From positions 196,230,001 to 196,294,000 of the forward strand of contig NC_042997.1 in assembly GCF_006345805.1 (NCBI RefSeq): DNA of 64,000 nt, in the 5' to 3' direction. Made by a program: the position numbers and the translations under genes. The DNA is from Octopus sinensis (lineage: Eukaryota). Position 1 is the stretch's first letter. Each line of letters opens with the position of its first letter. The notes beneath the pieces are model-generated. The model ran no database searches, was not told the DNA's origin, and worked only from the letters and a program-made list of their open reading frames with translations. Shown piece by piece: positions 49,971 through 63,265 of this stretch.

Positions 49971-50400
49971 TGAAATATATATATATATATGAATATACTG
50001 TGTTATTCACCTTACTTCGAGCTGGGCGGATGATACTTGCCTAACTTGGTGCCTCAGCTTAAATACTTAATTCAACTCAATCTTAATTATTTCATACATA
50101 TACATGTATTCGTTTTGCAAGATTCTTGATGCGAATTTGTATGTTGAAACAGATATTGTTTCATTTGGGGATGATTATGTTGCCAGTTTACCCAACGAAG
50201 ATACAAGCGCTATATATTTGTTGTTCACTTGATTCACCCTTATTTTATATTAATTGTATTTCGGCCAGAGTTCTTTCGTCACACGTCTGTCACAGAAATG
50301 TGACACTCCCAACATGACCCCTCTCAAGTACCATAAAACATACATACATACATACATACATACATACATACATACATACATACATACATACATACATACA

Positions 50401-50432
<32 letters not shown>

Positions 50433-51112
50433 CATACATATATATATATATATACACACATACATATACACACACATGCACAAACATTTCATTTTTTTCC
50501 CAAGAAGGCTTTGCATAGAAAATAATCAATGATTTTCAATAAACACACATTCACACACAGGTAGAGAAGCACGTGTATAATTATTTATTGATCAATTGAT
50601 TAATGTATTGATAGGCAAATATATAGATAATCTGATTAACGTCAGCTTCCTTAAGATACTAAAGTCATGAAATGATCACGTGTCTTTAACATAAATAACT
50701 GAATAGATCACTCCATAAATGTGTGACGCATTTTAACGGCTGTTTTGACAACCACTCAAACCACAACGATTAATTATAGTTAGATATGCTTGTGATTGGT
50801 TTTTCCTTATATATTGTCATGTTATTTCCCTAATTCAATCGTTTAAATTATTGGCAAATTATAACTCAATATAACCATTCAAAAAGCAACAGACCCTAAT
50901 GTATATACATGTGTATATGTTTCTATGTGTGTATAGACACGTAGCCGCACACAAGGCTTCGAATGTCCCGTCCGTGTTTTTTGTATCGTCTTCTAAATGT
51001 TTTGCGTTCTTGTCCCAGTTTGTATTTTTTTACATATACATATATATATATATAGCGACGTACGTACCCTTTGTCTTATATGTATGTATAAATATATATA
51101 TTCTTTTATTTT

Positions 51113-51243
51113 TTTTTCAGTCATTGAACTGCGGCCATACTGGAGGAGCGCCTAAAGTCGAACAAATCGACCCCAGGTCTTATTTTTTGTTAGCTTAATA
51201 CTTAGCCTATTGGTTCTTTTGCAGAACCGCTAAGTTACGGGGA
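51113..51243 (-). mobile_element. SINE family A, 3' fragment
   Basis: Reverse-complement tail cagtcattgaactgcggccatactggaggagcgcc...gaaccgctaagttacgggg. Confidence 0.8.
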
Positions 51244-51489
51244 GTCATTGACTATAGAAGAGGTTACAAGAATCAACGACAGTTTTGGAAAAAATAAATA
51301 TGTAACTAACACGAATTCGATCCGGTGAGTGTGTTAATTAATGAATACATGTGCAAGTAGAAAGCCCCGAGTACATAAACAAACCAACACCGGTTATCGC
51401 GGCTTTGGTAGGAGGAATACACAAATACAAACACATAACATATATAGCAATAAATGTAAAGAACAAAAAGTTTTGAACGGTACAACAAT

Positions 51490-51524
<35 letters not shown>

Positions 51525-51710
51525 CTATATACCTGTTGTAATTTAGTTATCCATAGTCCGATGATATTTCGGAAAACAGTTCCTTCTTCAGATATTCTTA
51601 GATGGAGTCGATCGATTATAGCAGCGACTCCATCTAAGAATATCTGAAGAAGGAATTGTATTCCGAAATATCATCGGACTATGAATGACTAAATTACAAC
51701 AGGTATATAG
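51525..51710. repeat. Near-perfect palindrome: 86-bp arms, 14-nt loop, 4 mismatches
   Basis: 51525-51610 is the reverse complement of 51625-51710. Flanked by (TA)n. Confidence 0.95.
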
Positions 51711-51712
51711 TC

Positions 51713-51741
<29 letters not shown>

Positions 51742-51743
<2 letters not shown>

Positions 51744-51943
51744 CATCGTGTGTACCGTTGGCGATTTTTTTCCTCTGTCTTCCCTTCTCTGGATCTTTAC
51801 TTCTCCTATGTTTCTGACGAAGAGCTCCGCTCGAAACGTTAACCCTCCTTCTTTCCTTCTTTCCTGAGCGTCCAATGATACTGTATTTGTTCCACGTCCT
51901 CGCGTTGTTGTATTTTTTTGTGCTTTCTTGTTTGGATTAACTT

Positions 51944-51945
<2 letters not shown>
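51742..51945 (+). mobile_element. Penelope-like terminal repeat (inverted copy of 49775-49970)
   Basis: gtttctgacgaagagctccgctcgaaacgtt at 51810-51840 plus flanking homology. Confidence 0.72.
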
Positions 51946-52014
<69 letters not shown>

Positions 52015-52371
52015 GGAATCGGCGGCTTATATTTATTTGCTGCCGATAAATTTGGCGCGAGTGCGACGATTTGAAAATTTTAGGTCAGATATTGGCGAGG
52101 CATGGACGAGAATGCCTCGTGAAAAATATCTGTTCCGATTTGGCTATTCCTTACTGATGAATCTAAGGGCCTATGGTAGATTGGCTTGATTTAATTTAAT
52201 CAGGTTAATTTACCATTAAACAGTAGAAGAAACGGTGCATCGTCTAAGGAATTTCAGGGTAAATGTTTTTTAATTTTCTCCTGATTTACGGAATTAATGT
52301 TATTTTGCGGTTGAAGCTTTTTGGCTGTTATTTCTAGTGGGTGAATGGCCTATTATGGCCGTTCCTTGATT

Positions 52372-52416
<45 letters not shown>

Positions 52417-52652
52417 ATTAATATTATAGTGCATTTAATATTATAGTGCACCATTCAAAACTGCTTATTCTTTACAAACAACACACAATGCTTCAAGCGA
52501 ACTACAAATCTTGCAAACCAAATACAAAAACAATTTATATATATATATATATTTCGAACAATGAAAATATGGTCAACAACGCATTGGTGCATATAAATTT
52601 CTTCTTTTTGAATTAAGGCTACTGTTTGGTTTCATGTTAAGTCGGAATATAT

Positions 52653-52721
<69 letters not shown>

Positions 52722-52733
52722 ATATATATAGAG

Positions 52734-52764
<31 letters not shown>

Positions 52765-52766
52765 CG

Positions 52767-53112
52767 AGAGGCGTGGCGGCTGTGTAGTAAGAAGCTTGCT
52801 TCCCAACCACATGGTTTCGGGTAAGTGGGACAAGAACGCAAAACAAGCAAAAAGACGATACAAAGAAAACAAGGGCGGGTCATTCGGAGTTTATATTTGT
52901 ATATCTGTGTGTGTGTCCCCTCTATTGCTTGACAACCGATGATGGTGTGTTTTACATCCTCGTAAACTAGCGGTTCGCCAAAAGAAACCGACAGAATAAG
53001 TACTAGGCTTACAAAGAATAAATCCTGGGGTCCATTTGTTAAACTAAATGCGTTGCTCCAGTATGGTCGCAGTCAAATGACTGAAACAAGTAAAAGAATA
53101 GAATAAAAGAAT
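52767..53112 (+). mobile_element. SINE family A whose middle is replaced by another repeat fragment
   Basis: Family A head to ttcggg, then gggacaagaacgcaaaac..., then the family A 3' half. Confidence 0.8.
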
Positions 53113-53459
53113 ATCTGTGTGTGTGTCTGTGTGTGTGCTAACAAGGCTACCAATGGTTTCATGTCATAGGCTTGATAATTGTTGAGCGATTTCCCCCTAC
53201 ATAATAACTGTTGTTAGACTTGTTAGCTCAGAAATAATGAATATTTATCCATCAATGTGATGTAGAGCTCTCGTTCTCACTATTTGGTATTTGCGTGTGT
53301 TTGTGTGTGTGTGTGTGGTGTGTGTGTGTTGTGTGTGTGAGTGTATGTGTGTGTGTGTAATATGTAGTTAGGTAGGTATGAGACAATAATGAACGTTGTA
53401 TTTTTGGAATTACACACATTCAGACTGTATTATCTATGTTAATCCGATTAATATATTAT

Positions 53460-53590
<131 letters not shown>

Positions 53591-53987
53591 TAACGTTGTT
53601 TGTTTCTGTAGGTAAGTCTAGTATTTACGCCAAGTACCGATAATAAATTTATAGACACTAACTACACAACAATTCTTGAGACAACAATAGTATTATCTTT
53701 AAAAGGAACGAAAAAAAAAATAAAACGCATCATATTACACATGTCTTAACTGGGGTTGCAACGGCAATATCAACCATCATTAAACATCACCATCGCAATG
53801 ATTTCAGATTCAGAAACAGAAGTCTAGACTTGTGATAAAAAAAAATATGTTTTGGAAAATAGCCGCGATAATAATGTTGACAATAATTAATTTTCGTATG
53901 TCTCTAAATATGTGTGAGAGATTTCATATAGACACAAACTCAAATGACTGAAAACAAGTAAATATATATATATATATATATATATAC

Positions 53988-54037
53988 GGCGGTGCATCAG
54001 CATGGTCGCAGCTCTGAGCTGAAACTAGAAAAAAAAA
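53988..54037 (+). mobile_element. Extremely truncated CR1-group LINE tail with poly-A
   Basis: ggcggtgcatcagcatggtcgcagctctgagctgaaactag plus A-run, nearly identical to the tail at 5073-5113. Confidence 0.75.
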
Positions 54038-54481
54038 TATATATATATATGTATGTATGTATGTATATATATAAACATTCAATAGAAATATTTTCATGAA
54101 TTGAACAGCAACTGCTAGCCTCCACTGACCATTCAAAATACTATAATCATGGCACTCCCAAATTCTTCGTCTTTTTCCTCCACTTCTCCTCCTCCTCCTT
54201 CTTCTTCTTCTTCTTCTTCTTCTTCTTCTTCTTCTTCTTCTTCTTCTTCCCTACCAAGAATTCATGACGCCCTCAAACCCACAAGAGTAAACAAGAGAGA
54301 CAGAGACAGGCAGAAACAAGGAAAATGCCACTTGTATTTGAACGCTATGCAAATATTCTTTTAAAAAACTTTTCTTTAATTTTTCTAAATTCAATTATTT
54401 AATTGTTACAATTGAATAAGTCTCAATGATGGAACCGGCACTGAAATGTTCTCTATAAAATTATTTTAGCATTTTCTATCT

Positions 54482-54878
54482 TGGTAAGTAGTTTGTTTAC
54501 CAGCCACATGGTACTGGGTTCAGTCCCACTGTGTGGCATCTTGGGCAAGTGTCTTCTGCTATAGCCCCGGGTCGACCAATGCCTAGTGAGTGGATTTGGT
54601 AGACGGAAACTGAAAGAAGCCTGTCGTATATATGTATATATATGTATGTATGTGTGTGTGTTTGTGTGTCTGTGTTTGTTCCCCTAGCATTGCTTGACAA
54701 CTGATGCTGGTGTGTTTACGTCCCCGTCACTCAGCGGTTCCACAAAAAGAGACCGATAGAATAAGTACTGGGCTTACAAAAAGAATAAGTCCCGGGGTCG
54801 AGTTGCTCGACTAAAGGCGGTGCTCCGGCATGGCCGCAGTCAAATGACTGAAACAAGTAAAAGAGTAAAGAGTAAGAG
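54482..54878 (+). mobile_element. SINE family A
   Basis: Full body and tail. Confidence 0.9.
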
Positions 54879-55559
54879 TATATATATTCACAGTGCTCTC
54901 CCTATGGTATTTATTGCTCTAAATTTCCTGTCGTCGTGTCAAATATACTTACTCAGATTAAAGCAAACCTTTCTTATTCACTATGTCCCACAGAAAATCA
55001 ACTTGGTGTATTGCTTTCAAATCTGAACGCCATTCTCTCACCTTTGACCCATTCCTCCACTTATCAACGCCTTCTGTCATTGCTCAGTGAATTACTTTCC
55101 AAGTCCCAACTAAATCTGAAAAACTGCACCTGCATTGCGAACAAATTTGCTAACTGTTAGCAGTAAAGGTTTTTTCTTGCACAAGTGTCACTCATGGTAT
55201 TTGCAAAAACCGACTGAAATAATAATAAAGATATAATCCTGATAACCATACCCGTCTTTCTATATCCACCCCACCCCCCGCTCACCGCCACTTTCAGGAA
55301 TTAGACATTTGATATATCGATGCGACTTGACAAGAAATGTAATGATATGATGCCAGCAAATTGCAATCAGAAATCACGTCATGGAAGGCATTACGATACC
55401 AGTGGACAATCAATACATCACCGCCTTTATAACTCTTCTCCTCTTTCCCTACTTAATCTCCTGGTAGTTTTTATAATGCCTTGTCAAATGTGTTCCCACC
55501 GATTCAGTTAAACGCCTGTCGCTGCCGTACGTAATTGTTTTTTTCCTTGTAGTCCTTTA

Positions 55560-56112
55560 GTTGTTTCGGTCGTTAGATTGCGGCCATGCTGGAGGCACCG
55601 CATTGAAGACTTTTAGTCAAACGAATCGACCCCGGTACTTTTACTGTGTTGTTTTTTTTAAAGCTTGGTACTTATTCTATCGGACATTTTTGGCGAAACG
55701 CTATGTTACAGGAACGCAAATACACTTACACCGGTGTCAATAAGCGGTGAGGAACAAACGCCGAGCCAAAGACACTCATACACACACACACACACACACA
55801 TATACATATATATATATATGTATGTATATATGTATATATATACATATATGTGTATATATATATACATATATGTATATATATATACATATATGTATATATA
55901 TATACATATATGTATACATACATGTATATATATACATATATGTATATATATGTATGTATGTATTTATGTATTATGTATGTTTGTATGTATGTATGTATGT
56001 ATTATGTATTGCCTGAGGCCATAGATGAAGACAGTTGTTCAAGGTGCCTTGCAGTGGGACTGAACCCGGTACTACATGGTTGGAAGCAAACTTCTTACCA
56101 CACAGCCACGCT
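55560..56112 (-). mobile_element. SINE family A with expanded internal microsatellite
   Basis: Reverse-complement head at about 56040-56112 and tail at about 55560-55750. Confidence 0.8.
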
Positions 56113-56169
56113 TGCACCTATTTTGGTATACTGCTAATAATTCTTTCTGATTTTTTTTCTACTAGGCTA

Positions 56170-56358
56170 GGAAATTTGAGAGGAAGAGCAAATTGATGCC
56201 ATGGACCCCAATACTTGACTGGTATTTTATTTTATCGACTCCGAAATGATGATAGACAAATCTGATGTCCTGGGAAATTGAGCACACAATATAAAGAACC
56301 GGAAGAAATGTTGCTAAGCGTTTTGTCTGGCTTAGTAACGATTACACTTGCTCACCGC
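56170..56358 (-). mobile_element. Old, degenerate family-C-related SINE
   Basis: ctaagcgttttgtctgg...aacgatt...ctcaccgcc and ttttatcgactccgaaatgatg resemble family C. Confidence 0.55.
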
Positions 56359-56757
56359 CATGTATACAGCTAATAGTACAAACAACAAGCTCCCTGGAAA
56401 AAATTTGGCACCAGGGCCTTCCATTTTAGATTTACACTGACCAACACAAATAATCCCAACCCAATTCTTTTTCGGTCATGCTTATTTCCACTATCAAAAG
56501 ATTCTGTTATTGATTTCGTGTAATTAAAACCACAATTATTAATCCAAAACATAATTCCTTTTTTTTTCTTTTTCTGGTGATTGTATTTCCCTTACTTCCA
56601 ACAATTTTAACGGCACTGAATAGAAAATTCTTGATGGATTGATACTTCAGAATCATCTCTCCAACTGTTCAATAAAGCCTTGCTAGATCACTGATCTCTG
56701 TGTGATCAATATCCGGTCAACATCACCCCTTATATACGTATACATATATTCACATAT

Positions 56758-56959
56758 TTCTTTACTTGTTTCAGTCATTTGACTGTGGCCATGCTGAACA
56801 CCGCCTTTAGTCGAGTAAATTAATTCCAGGACTTGTTTTTCGTAAGCCTAGTATTTATTCTATCGGTCACTTTTGCCGAACCGCTAAGTTACGGGGACGT
56901 AAATACACCAAAGTCGGTTGTCAAACGATATTGAGGGACAAACACAGACACACAAACGT

Positions 56960-56997
<38 letters not shown>

Positions 56998-57186
56998 GTG
57001 TGTATATATATATACATATATATATACACATATATACGACAGGATTCTACCAAATCCATTCATAAAGCTTTGGTCGGCCCGAGGCTCTAGTAGAAGATAC
57101 TTGCCCAAGGTGCCACGCAGTGGGGGTGAACCCAGAACAATGTGGTTGTTAAGCAAGCTACTTACCACACAGCCACTCCTACGCCT
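56758..57186 (-). mobile_element. SINE family A
   Basis: Full reverse-complement match. Confidence 0.9.
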
Positions 57187-58074
57187 ATGCTTACATATTT
57201 ACTTGTGATTGGCACACAGCAAGATTCGGGCCCAAGGCACGAATTTTTGTTTCTAAGCAACATGGAAGTAAGCTCATCAGCAATATCATAAAATACTCCT
57301 ATTTAAATTGCTTTCTTAAGGCATATATTATTCCTTTAAATACTTTCGTTTCGCTAGCACCGTTGCTAAATTTTTTCTCCTAAACCAACATTGTTTCCAC
57401 CCATCAATAATTTCTTCATTGCCCAACACATTTCCTCCATAAAATTACTATTACCATATCAATTACTAGAACCACAAACTGGTAGTATTCTGTCATTATG
57501 CAGCATTTAAACCTGGATCTATTTTGGATCCAAATGGAAACGAGTACCAACGTCCCCACGTAGCACGCCTCAAAATTGTTAAGAGATCCCTTATTACATA
57601 AAACCATACATACAAACATACATAGATGTATGCACGCATGCATGCTTACATACATACATACATACATACGTACGTACATACATACATACATACATACATA
57701 CGTACGTACATACATACATACATACATCATACATACATACATACATACATACATACATACATACATACACACGTCCATACAGTAACAGAAGATGAATTTT
57801 CAATACTTGCAGAAATACGTATGTTTGTAATTCGTGCGCTAATCGCGGAATCTGTGACAATAAAATCAGCAAAGCCAAGAAAATTCCAATGATGAATGGT
57901 TGTGGAAAGGATTGCAATGAGAATAAGGATATATTTTTCAAGAAAATACAACTAGTAATGAAAACGAAACTCCATTTCTTTATTACGTTGCTACTGAATA
58001 AGAGGCAACTTTATATATCCGCTAAACCTCCATTTACAAGGGAATATTATATGCACATCTATCCATACATATAC

Positions 58075-59075
58075 ATACAAGGGTGGGACAATATAAAGAA
58101 AACACGTGTTGAATGAATATTTTATTTCCTCGGTGTTGGTCCACATTTTGCATCAATCACAGCTCTAATACATCGAGAAATTGATTCATGCATGTTCTGA
58201 CCGTTTGCTTAAAGAATATTGAGCCGTCCTTCAAGTAAAACCCGCTTTAGATCTTGCAATGGAGAGAGGCGGTTTCTTAGGTACTGCTCAAAAATACACC
58301 GTGAATTTTCGATTGCGATCCGATGTTTGCGGGTGTCAATCGTAATGGTCTACTTCAATTCTGTGGCTCTTCGCACCAATTTAGAATAGCATAAGCTGTA
58401 TTACTCAGCACATTATTGTCGTTGAAGATTGCTCTACTATCTGAGAATATACCATGCTTTTTCAACAGCACGGATACGATCAGTGAAAAGAATGAGGTAT
58501 TCCTTGACATTAACACTACCACTTAGAATAGCTAAACAGTGTCAAGATTATCCCTGATTCATCTCCATGCCTTATGATGTAGGCTAAACTGTTAAGCTTA
58601 GAGACTTCTTCGGGCTGTCTCTAAATATAATAATCATGATTTACAAGAAAAAGTTAATATTTCTCCATTGAGCCAATGATAACTTTTGATCGTATAAACG
58701 CCATGCTTTCCGTTTATCAGTGGAGAAATGTTAAGCATTCTCGAGCTATTCATCTGTGTGGAACTCAACATGAACGATTTTGATTGACACAAGGTTGGAA
58801 AGGTGGTGGTTTCGCTCTGCTTGCTTTCAGTTCAATAGGATTAAGATTCAATAAGTTTCACCGTTCTGTTGTTCTTCTCTGTGAGCTTTAAATTCCGTCC
58901 ATAATTACATATGCCAGAGGTCGATTCACCCTGGCTTTGAAATGCCAGCCTTACTTTAAAGACTGTACTTCTCTAAACAATAAACAATTCTGCAGTTTCA
59001 GTGACTGAAACTTCAGACATCAGCGCCCCAACATATCGACCATTTTCGGAATAAGATAAATCGCACATTTTAACT
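58075..59075 (-). mobile_element. Highly degenerate Tc1-like transposon
   Basis: Starts TAcaagggtgggacaa. The minus strand has decayed equivalents of W..SPDLNPIEN (ccgcaaacatcggatcgcaatcgaaaatt), IFQxDN (atcttcaacgacaataat) and a WRxV-like segment. No intact ORF. Confidence 0.5.
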
Positions 59076-59141
59076 TATTTAAATATACATAAATACAATA
59101 AAGTTAGAAAATCAGAGGGTTGTGTCATGAAGTACATAGTA

Positions 59142-59142
<1 letters not shown>

Positions 59143-59172
<30 letters not shown>

Positions 59173-59300
59173 CTAGTTTCAGCTCACGAGCCGTGGCCAT
59201 GCTGGGGCACCGCCATTTGGTGTTGCTACATGGTTTTACTTCACGAATGCTTTTTAGCAACTGCCATTTGGTGCATGAGAGAGTTTGGTAATATACGAAG
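59143..59300 (-). mobile_element. CR1-group LINE 3' end with (TCAA)n tail
   Basis: Minus strand PNSLMHQM..., then ggcggtgccccagcatggccacggctcgtgagctgaaactaga and (atca)n. Confidence 0.75.
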
Positions 59301-59676
59301 AGAGTAAGGTAATATACGAACTAGAAGAGTTTTGACTTTCTCATACTGTCAGTAGTAAAAATACCTAAATGAAAAGAGGTATTTTCCTTATTTTGTCTAA
59401 CCCCTGTATATGTACATATATAAGTATATATATATGCATAAAGACATATGTATATATACCTATAGGTATGAATGTAGATATACGTACACAAACACACACG
59501 CATATCAAAATATATATTCCAATATACATGTTTGTTTTGGGAGCTCGTTTTTGAGGAGCGGGTTTCTAGCCCAACAAGATTCTTTCATTAGAATTTAGAC
59601 ATCAAACACGGTAGTCTTGTATGTGTATATGTATATTTGTAAACGGTTTATAGTAGCCATACATATATATATATAG

Positions 59677-59729
<53 letters not shown>

Positions 59730-59823
59730 GAACATATATATATGTATGTATATATATGAATATATATATTATATATATAAATGAATAAATATATATAAAT
59801 GAATATTTTTATATATTTATATA

Positions 59824-59876
<53 letters not shown>

Positions 59877-60447
59877 CATATATATATAATGTATATTGTA
59901 TATATATATATATATAATATATATATATATAATAATATATATCTATTATTATATATATATATATATATAATATATGAATATATATGTATGTATGTTATGT
60001 ATGCATGGTCACGAGCATGGATTGAAATTGTAAACGTGGATCTCCACTAGATATGTATGTATATGTGTATATGCATGCAAAAAACGTTTTTTCATGGAAT
60101 ATAACATGAATATAAATGACCATAGCTGTGTTTATTGTAAAAAATAAGTGGAAATATATTCCTTTAATTCATGTTCTCTCTACATATACACTTCCATGGC
60201 TCTGAACATTAAAACTTATGGATTGCAGTGACACAGGTACTTGAAGAATGCGAATGGTGATAGAAATGTATGGTCGAACTTTTCTGAAACAACACGCATT
60301 CGATATTTCCTAATAAATATTTATAAACCCGTGGTAATGTTTTTCGCTGCATCTTTATACGATCAGTGATGTTTTCGCTTGTTTGTTTGGTTGGTCGGTT
60401 GGTTGCTGTTTTTTTTTTTCTTATTGTTCTCTTGGTTTCGTCCGCAG

Positions 60448-60487
60448 GAAGGGGAATGGCTCATGGGTTAATATGCCCATGACTAAG
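60448..60487 (+). CDS. Candidate 40-nt exon (KGNGSWVNMPMTK)
   Basis: Long pyrimidine tract ending tttcgtccgcag, donor aag|gtgacc. The phase-0 end fits the exon at 63916. Confidence 0.5.
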
Positions 60488-61305
60488 GTGACCAGAATCT
60501 GCTTCTGATCACACGTGTAATACAGACATGCGTCACCCGTTTATACCAATAATAAATAATTAAGGAAAAAAGGGAAAAAAAAACAGTAAAAGTAAATATA
60601 AATGACATGAAAAACCAAATGTCAGCAAAAAAGACATTTTTTTTTTCCTGATATATAAACTATTGATTTATTGATTGACATTTATTTATTTGAAGCCTTC
60701 CAGTTCTGGTTAACTATTTCTTTCGACACGACATACCACTTTATGGATGTTAGATGCAGCATAAGTATTTGAAGTAGCTGAAGGAGGAGGCGAAGGCGGA
60801 GGAGGACGTGGATCGAAGAAGGAGGAGCTGATAGAGTTAGCTGTATAGATGTATTGAGTGGCGTGCGTTGACATTAATGAGAGAAGGAAGATGTGATGTT
60901 AGCAACTAATGCGGCATTAACTGAGGTGTTTGATAATGCGATGTAGGTGATGTGTCATAGTGTCAGAGTTGTGTGTCGTTAGCCCCAGATCGAACTTGGC
61001 TGTCAGACTAATGATCAAAAGCAATCCAGTTTCCGTCCTTCCATGATTTTTCCTACATTCACAGAACCAAGGACGACGTTTTCCAATGTGCCACTTACTA
61101 AGGATGGTGCGGTGTCGTTTGAGGGAGATTCAGTTGTTAGTTCTTACCAGGCGCATATGTGCTTCTTCTTCGCTCATCAAAGTTTCGATGTAGTTACTGG
61201 GGTTACATTGTGTACGATAAATTTGTCTTAGTTTCATTTCCGATGTATGATACAACACTGTCAGTTGATTGCGTATTATGTCTATAAATCTATATGCTCA
61301 GTATC

Positions 61306-61546
61306 TATTTCTATTTCTTTACTACCCACAAAGGGCTAAACACAGAGAGGACAAACAAGGACAGACAAACGGATTAAGTCGATTGGATCGACACCAGTGC
61401 GTAACTGGTACTCAATTTATCGACTCTGGAAGGATGAAAGGCAAAGTCGACCTCGGCGGAATTTGAACTCAGAACGTAACAACAGACGAAATACGGCTAC
61501 GCATTTCGCCCGGCGTGCTAACGATTCTGCCAGCTCGCCGTCTTAA
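61306..61546 (-). mobile_element. SINE family C with 12-bp TSD
   Basis: TSD atgctcagtatc at 61294-61305 and 61547-61558. Confidence 0.92.
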
Positions 61547-61568
61547 ATGCTCAGTATCATACGTGTGC

Positions 61569-61600
<32 letters not shown>

Positions 61601-61617
61601 TGTGTGTGTGTGTATGT

Positions 61618-61654
<37 letters not shown>

Positions 61655-61887
61655 GTGTATGGGTGTTTGCACGTGAGTGGAGACAAAGAGCCAGAGAGGA
61701 GAGTAATATAGAGTACACTGGAAATGTTGCAATATTGTCTGAGCTATTCAAACACCTTGTCTACTCTAAATGGTAGAGCATTACTATACCAAATCAACAC
61801 CACAATTTTAGGCAGCCAAAATCTTTGTGAAGGAAACGCAATATCAAGATCGAAAAGAAGGAGGATCTTACTTCACAAACTATTCAC

Positions 61888-61926
<39 letters not shown>

Positions 61927-62482
61927 AAGTATCAATTAGAGATAGAAATCCCCATAAGATTCATCAAATCAGAATGTAAATTCAACCATGTCATAGAATA
62001 TTATATTTAATACTTACTATTCAGTTTCAAAGTTTTCGACTACACGTGTTTTATGAGGTTGTATACTATGTTCCTGAGGCACGTAGTCTCTTACAGAACC
62101 TCCCCTTGCATACAATCCCAATCTTCAGGTCCACCTATCCCCCGTTTATAACTTTATCTATCTTTATATATTCCAACTTAGAAGTATATCAAACTAAACA
62201 GATGTATAAATAAATAAATTCATTGAACCCTGCAGTTTAAGCCATAATTAATTAAGAATTAAAAGTGAATTACGCCCAAAGAAAGAAAATATATATAAAG
62301 GAAAAATATATACGAATGAGAAAATATATACGAATGCGGAAAAAATATATACTAATGAAAAGAAAATATTACATTATGAGAGATATATATCCAAATGAAG
62401 AGGATGATTAAGAGACGAATGGAAACCAATGCGAATGACAAAAGTACAGGTGAATTTTATGCGTAAAATAGGAATGAAGATA

Positions 62483-62565
<83 letters not shown>

Positions 62566-62567
<2 letters not shown>

Positions 62568-62943
62568 TGGTTGCCTGCTTCTTATGCAGAATTAGACCAC
62601 CTCCTGTACCTACACATTAGAACTATCATAGCATCTGATGTGGCTTTATAAACCAGACGATGTTTTGAAAAGACACCCACATAGATTGCATATGGAATAC
62701 CAAGACCTGAAGTTAAGTTCTGATCTTAAAATGTCTTTTGAGGCGTCTGTTAGATTTCCAGACCATCTGGCATACGTTGAATTGAAAGGCATGCACAGAT
62801 ATCTGGGCACAATAGGTGGTGGAGGTTCGTTTTCCGTGGGTTCGCAAATAAGATTTGAACCCAGTAAAAGAAAGGCATAGTCTGTCACAAACTGAGCACA
62901 CAAAAATGTCATTGTGATTCACCTTCTTAATCATAACATTCAT
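62566..62943 (-). mobile_element. Degenerate coding fragment with three C2H2-like motifs, probably an RTE-type LINE 3' end
   Basis: CSVCDRLCLSFTGFKSYLRTH, FNVCQMVWKSNRRLKRH and CNLCGCLFKTSSGL*SH across frameshifts. Ends in (TA)n. Confidence 0.6.
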
Positions 62944-62950
62944 ATATATA

Positions 62951-63265
62951 TCACCGTGATCACCGTGACCGACCAGGCTATCAGATGTTGTTACACATCG
63001 CTGGTCGCAATACGCTTCGAATTGTTTTTTTAGCCTTCAAATGACGCCACCCCGCTGGCTAAGCGAGCAGGCCAACAGAAGAATGAGTGAGAGAAAGTTG
63101 TGGCGAAAGAGTACAGCAGGGATCGCCACCACCCCCTGCCGGAGCCTCGTGGAGCTTTAGGTGTTTTCGCTCAATAAACACTCACAACGCCCGGTCTGGG
63201 AATCGAAACCTCGATCCTACGACCGCGAGTCCGCTGCCCTAACCACTAGGCCATTGAGCCTCCAC
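62951..63265 (-). mobile_element. SINE family D head (tRNA-Arg-like) with its own tail
   Basis: Head as at 6026, loop ggactcgcggtc. Tail ttagccagcggggtggcgtcatttgaagg...ggtcacggtgatcacggtga. Confidence 0.87.
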
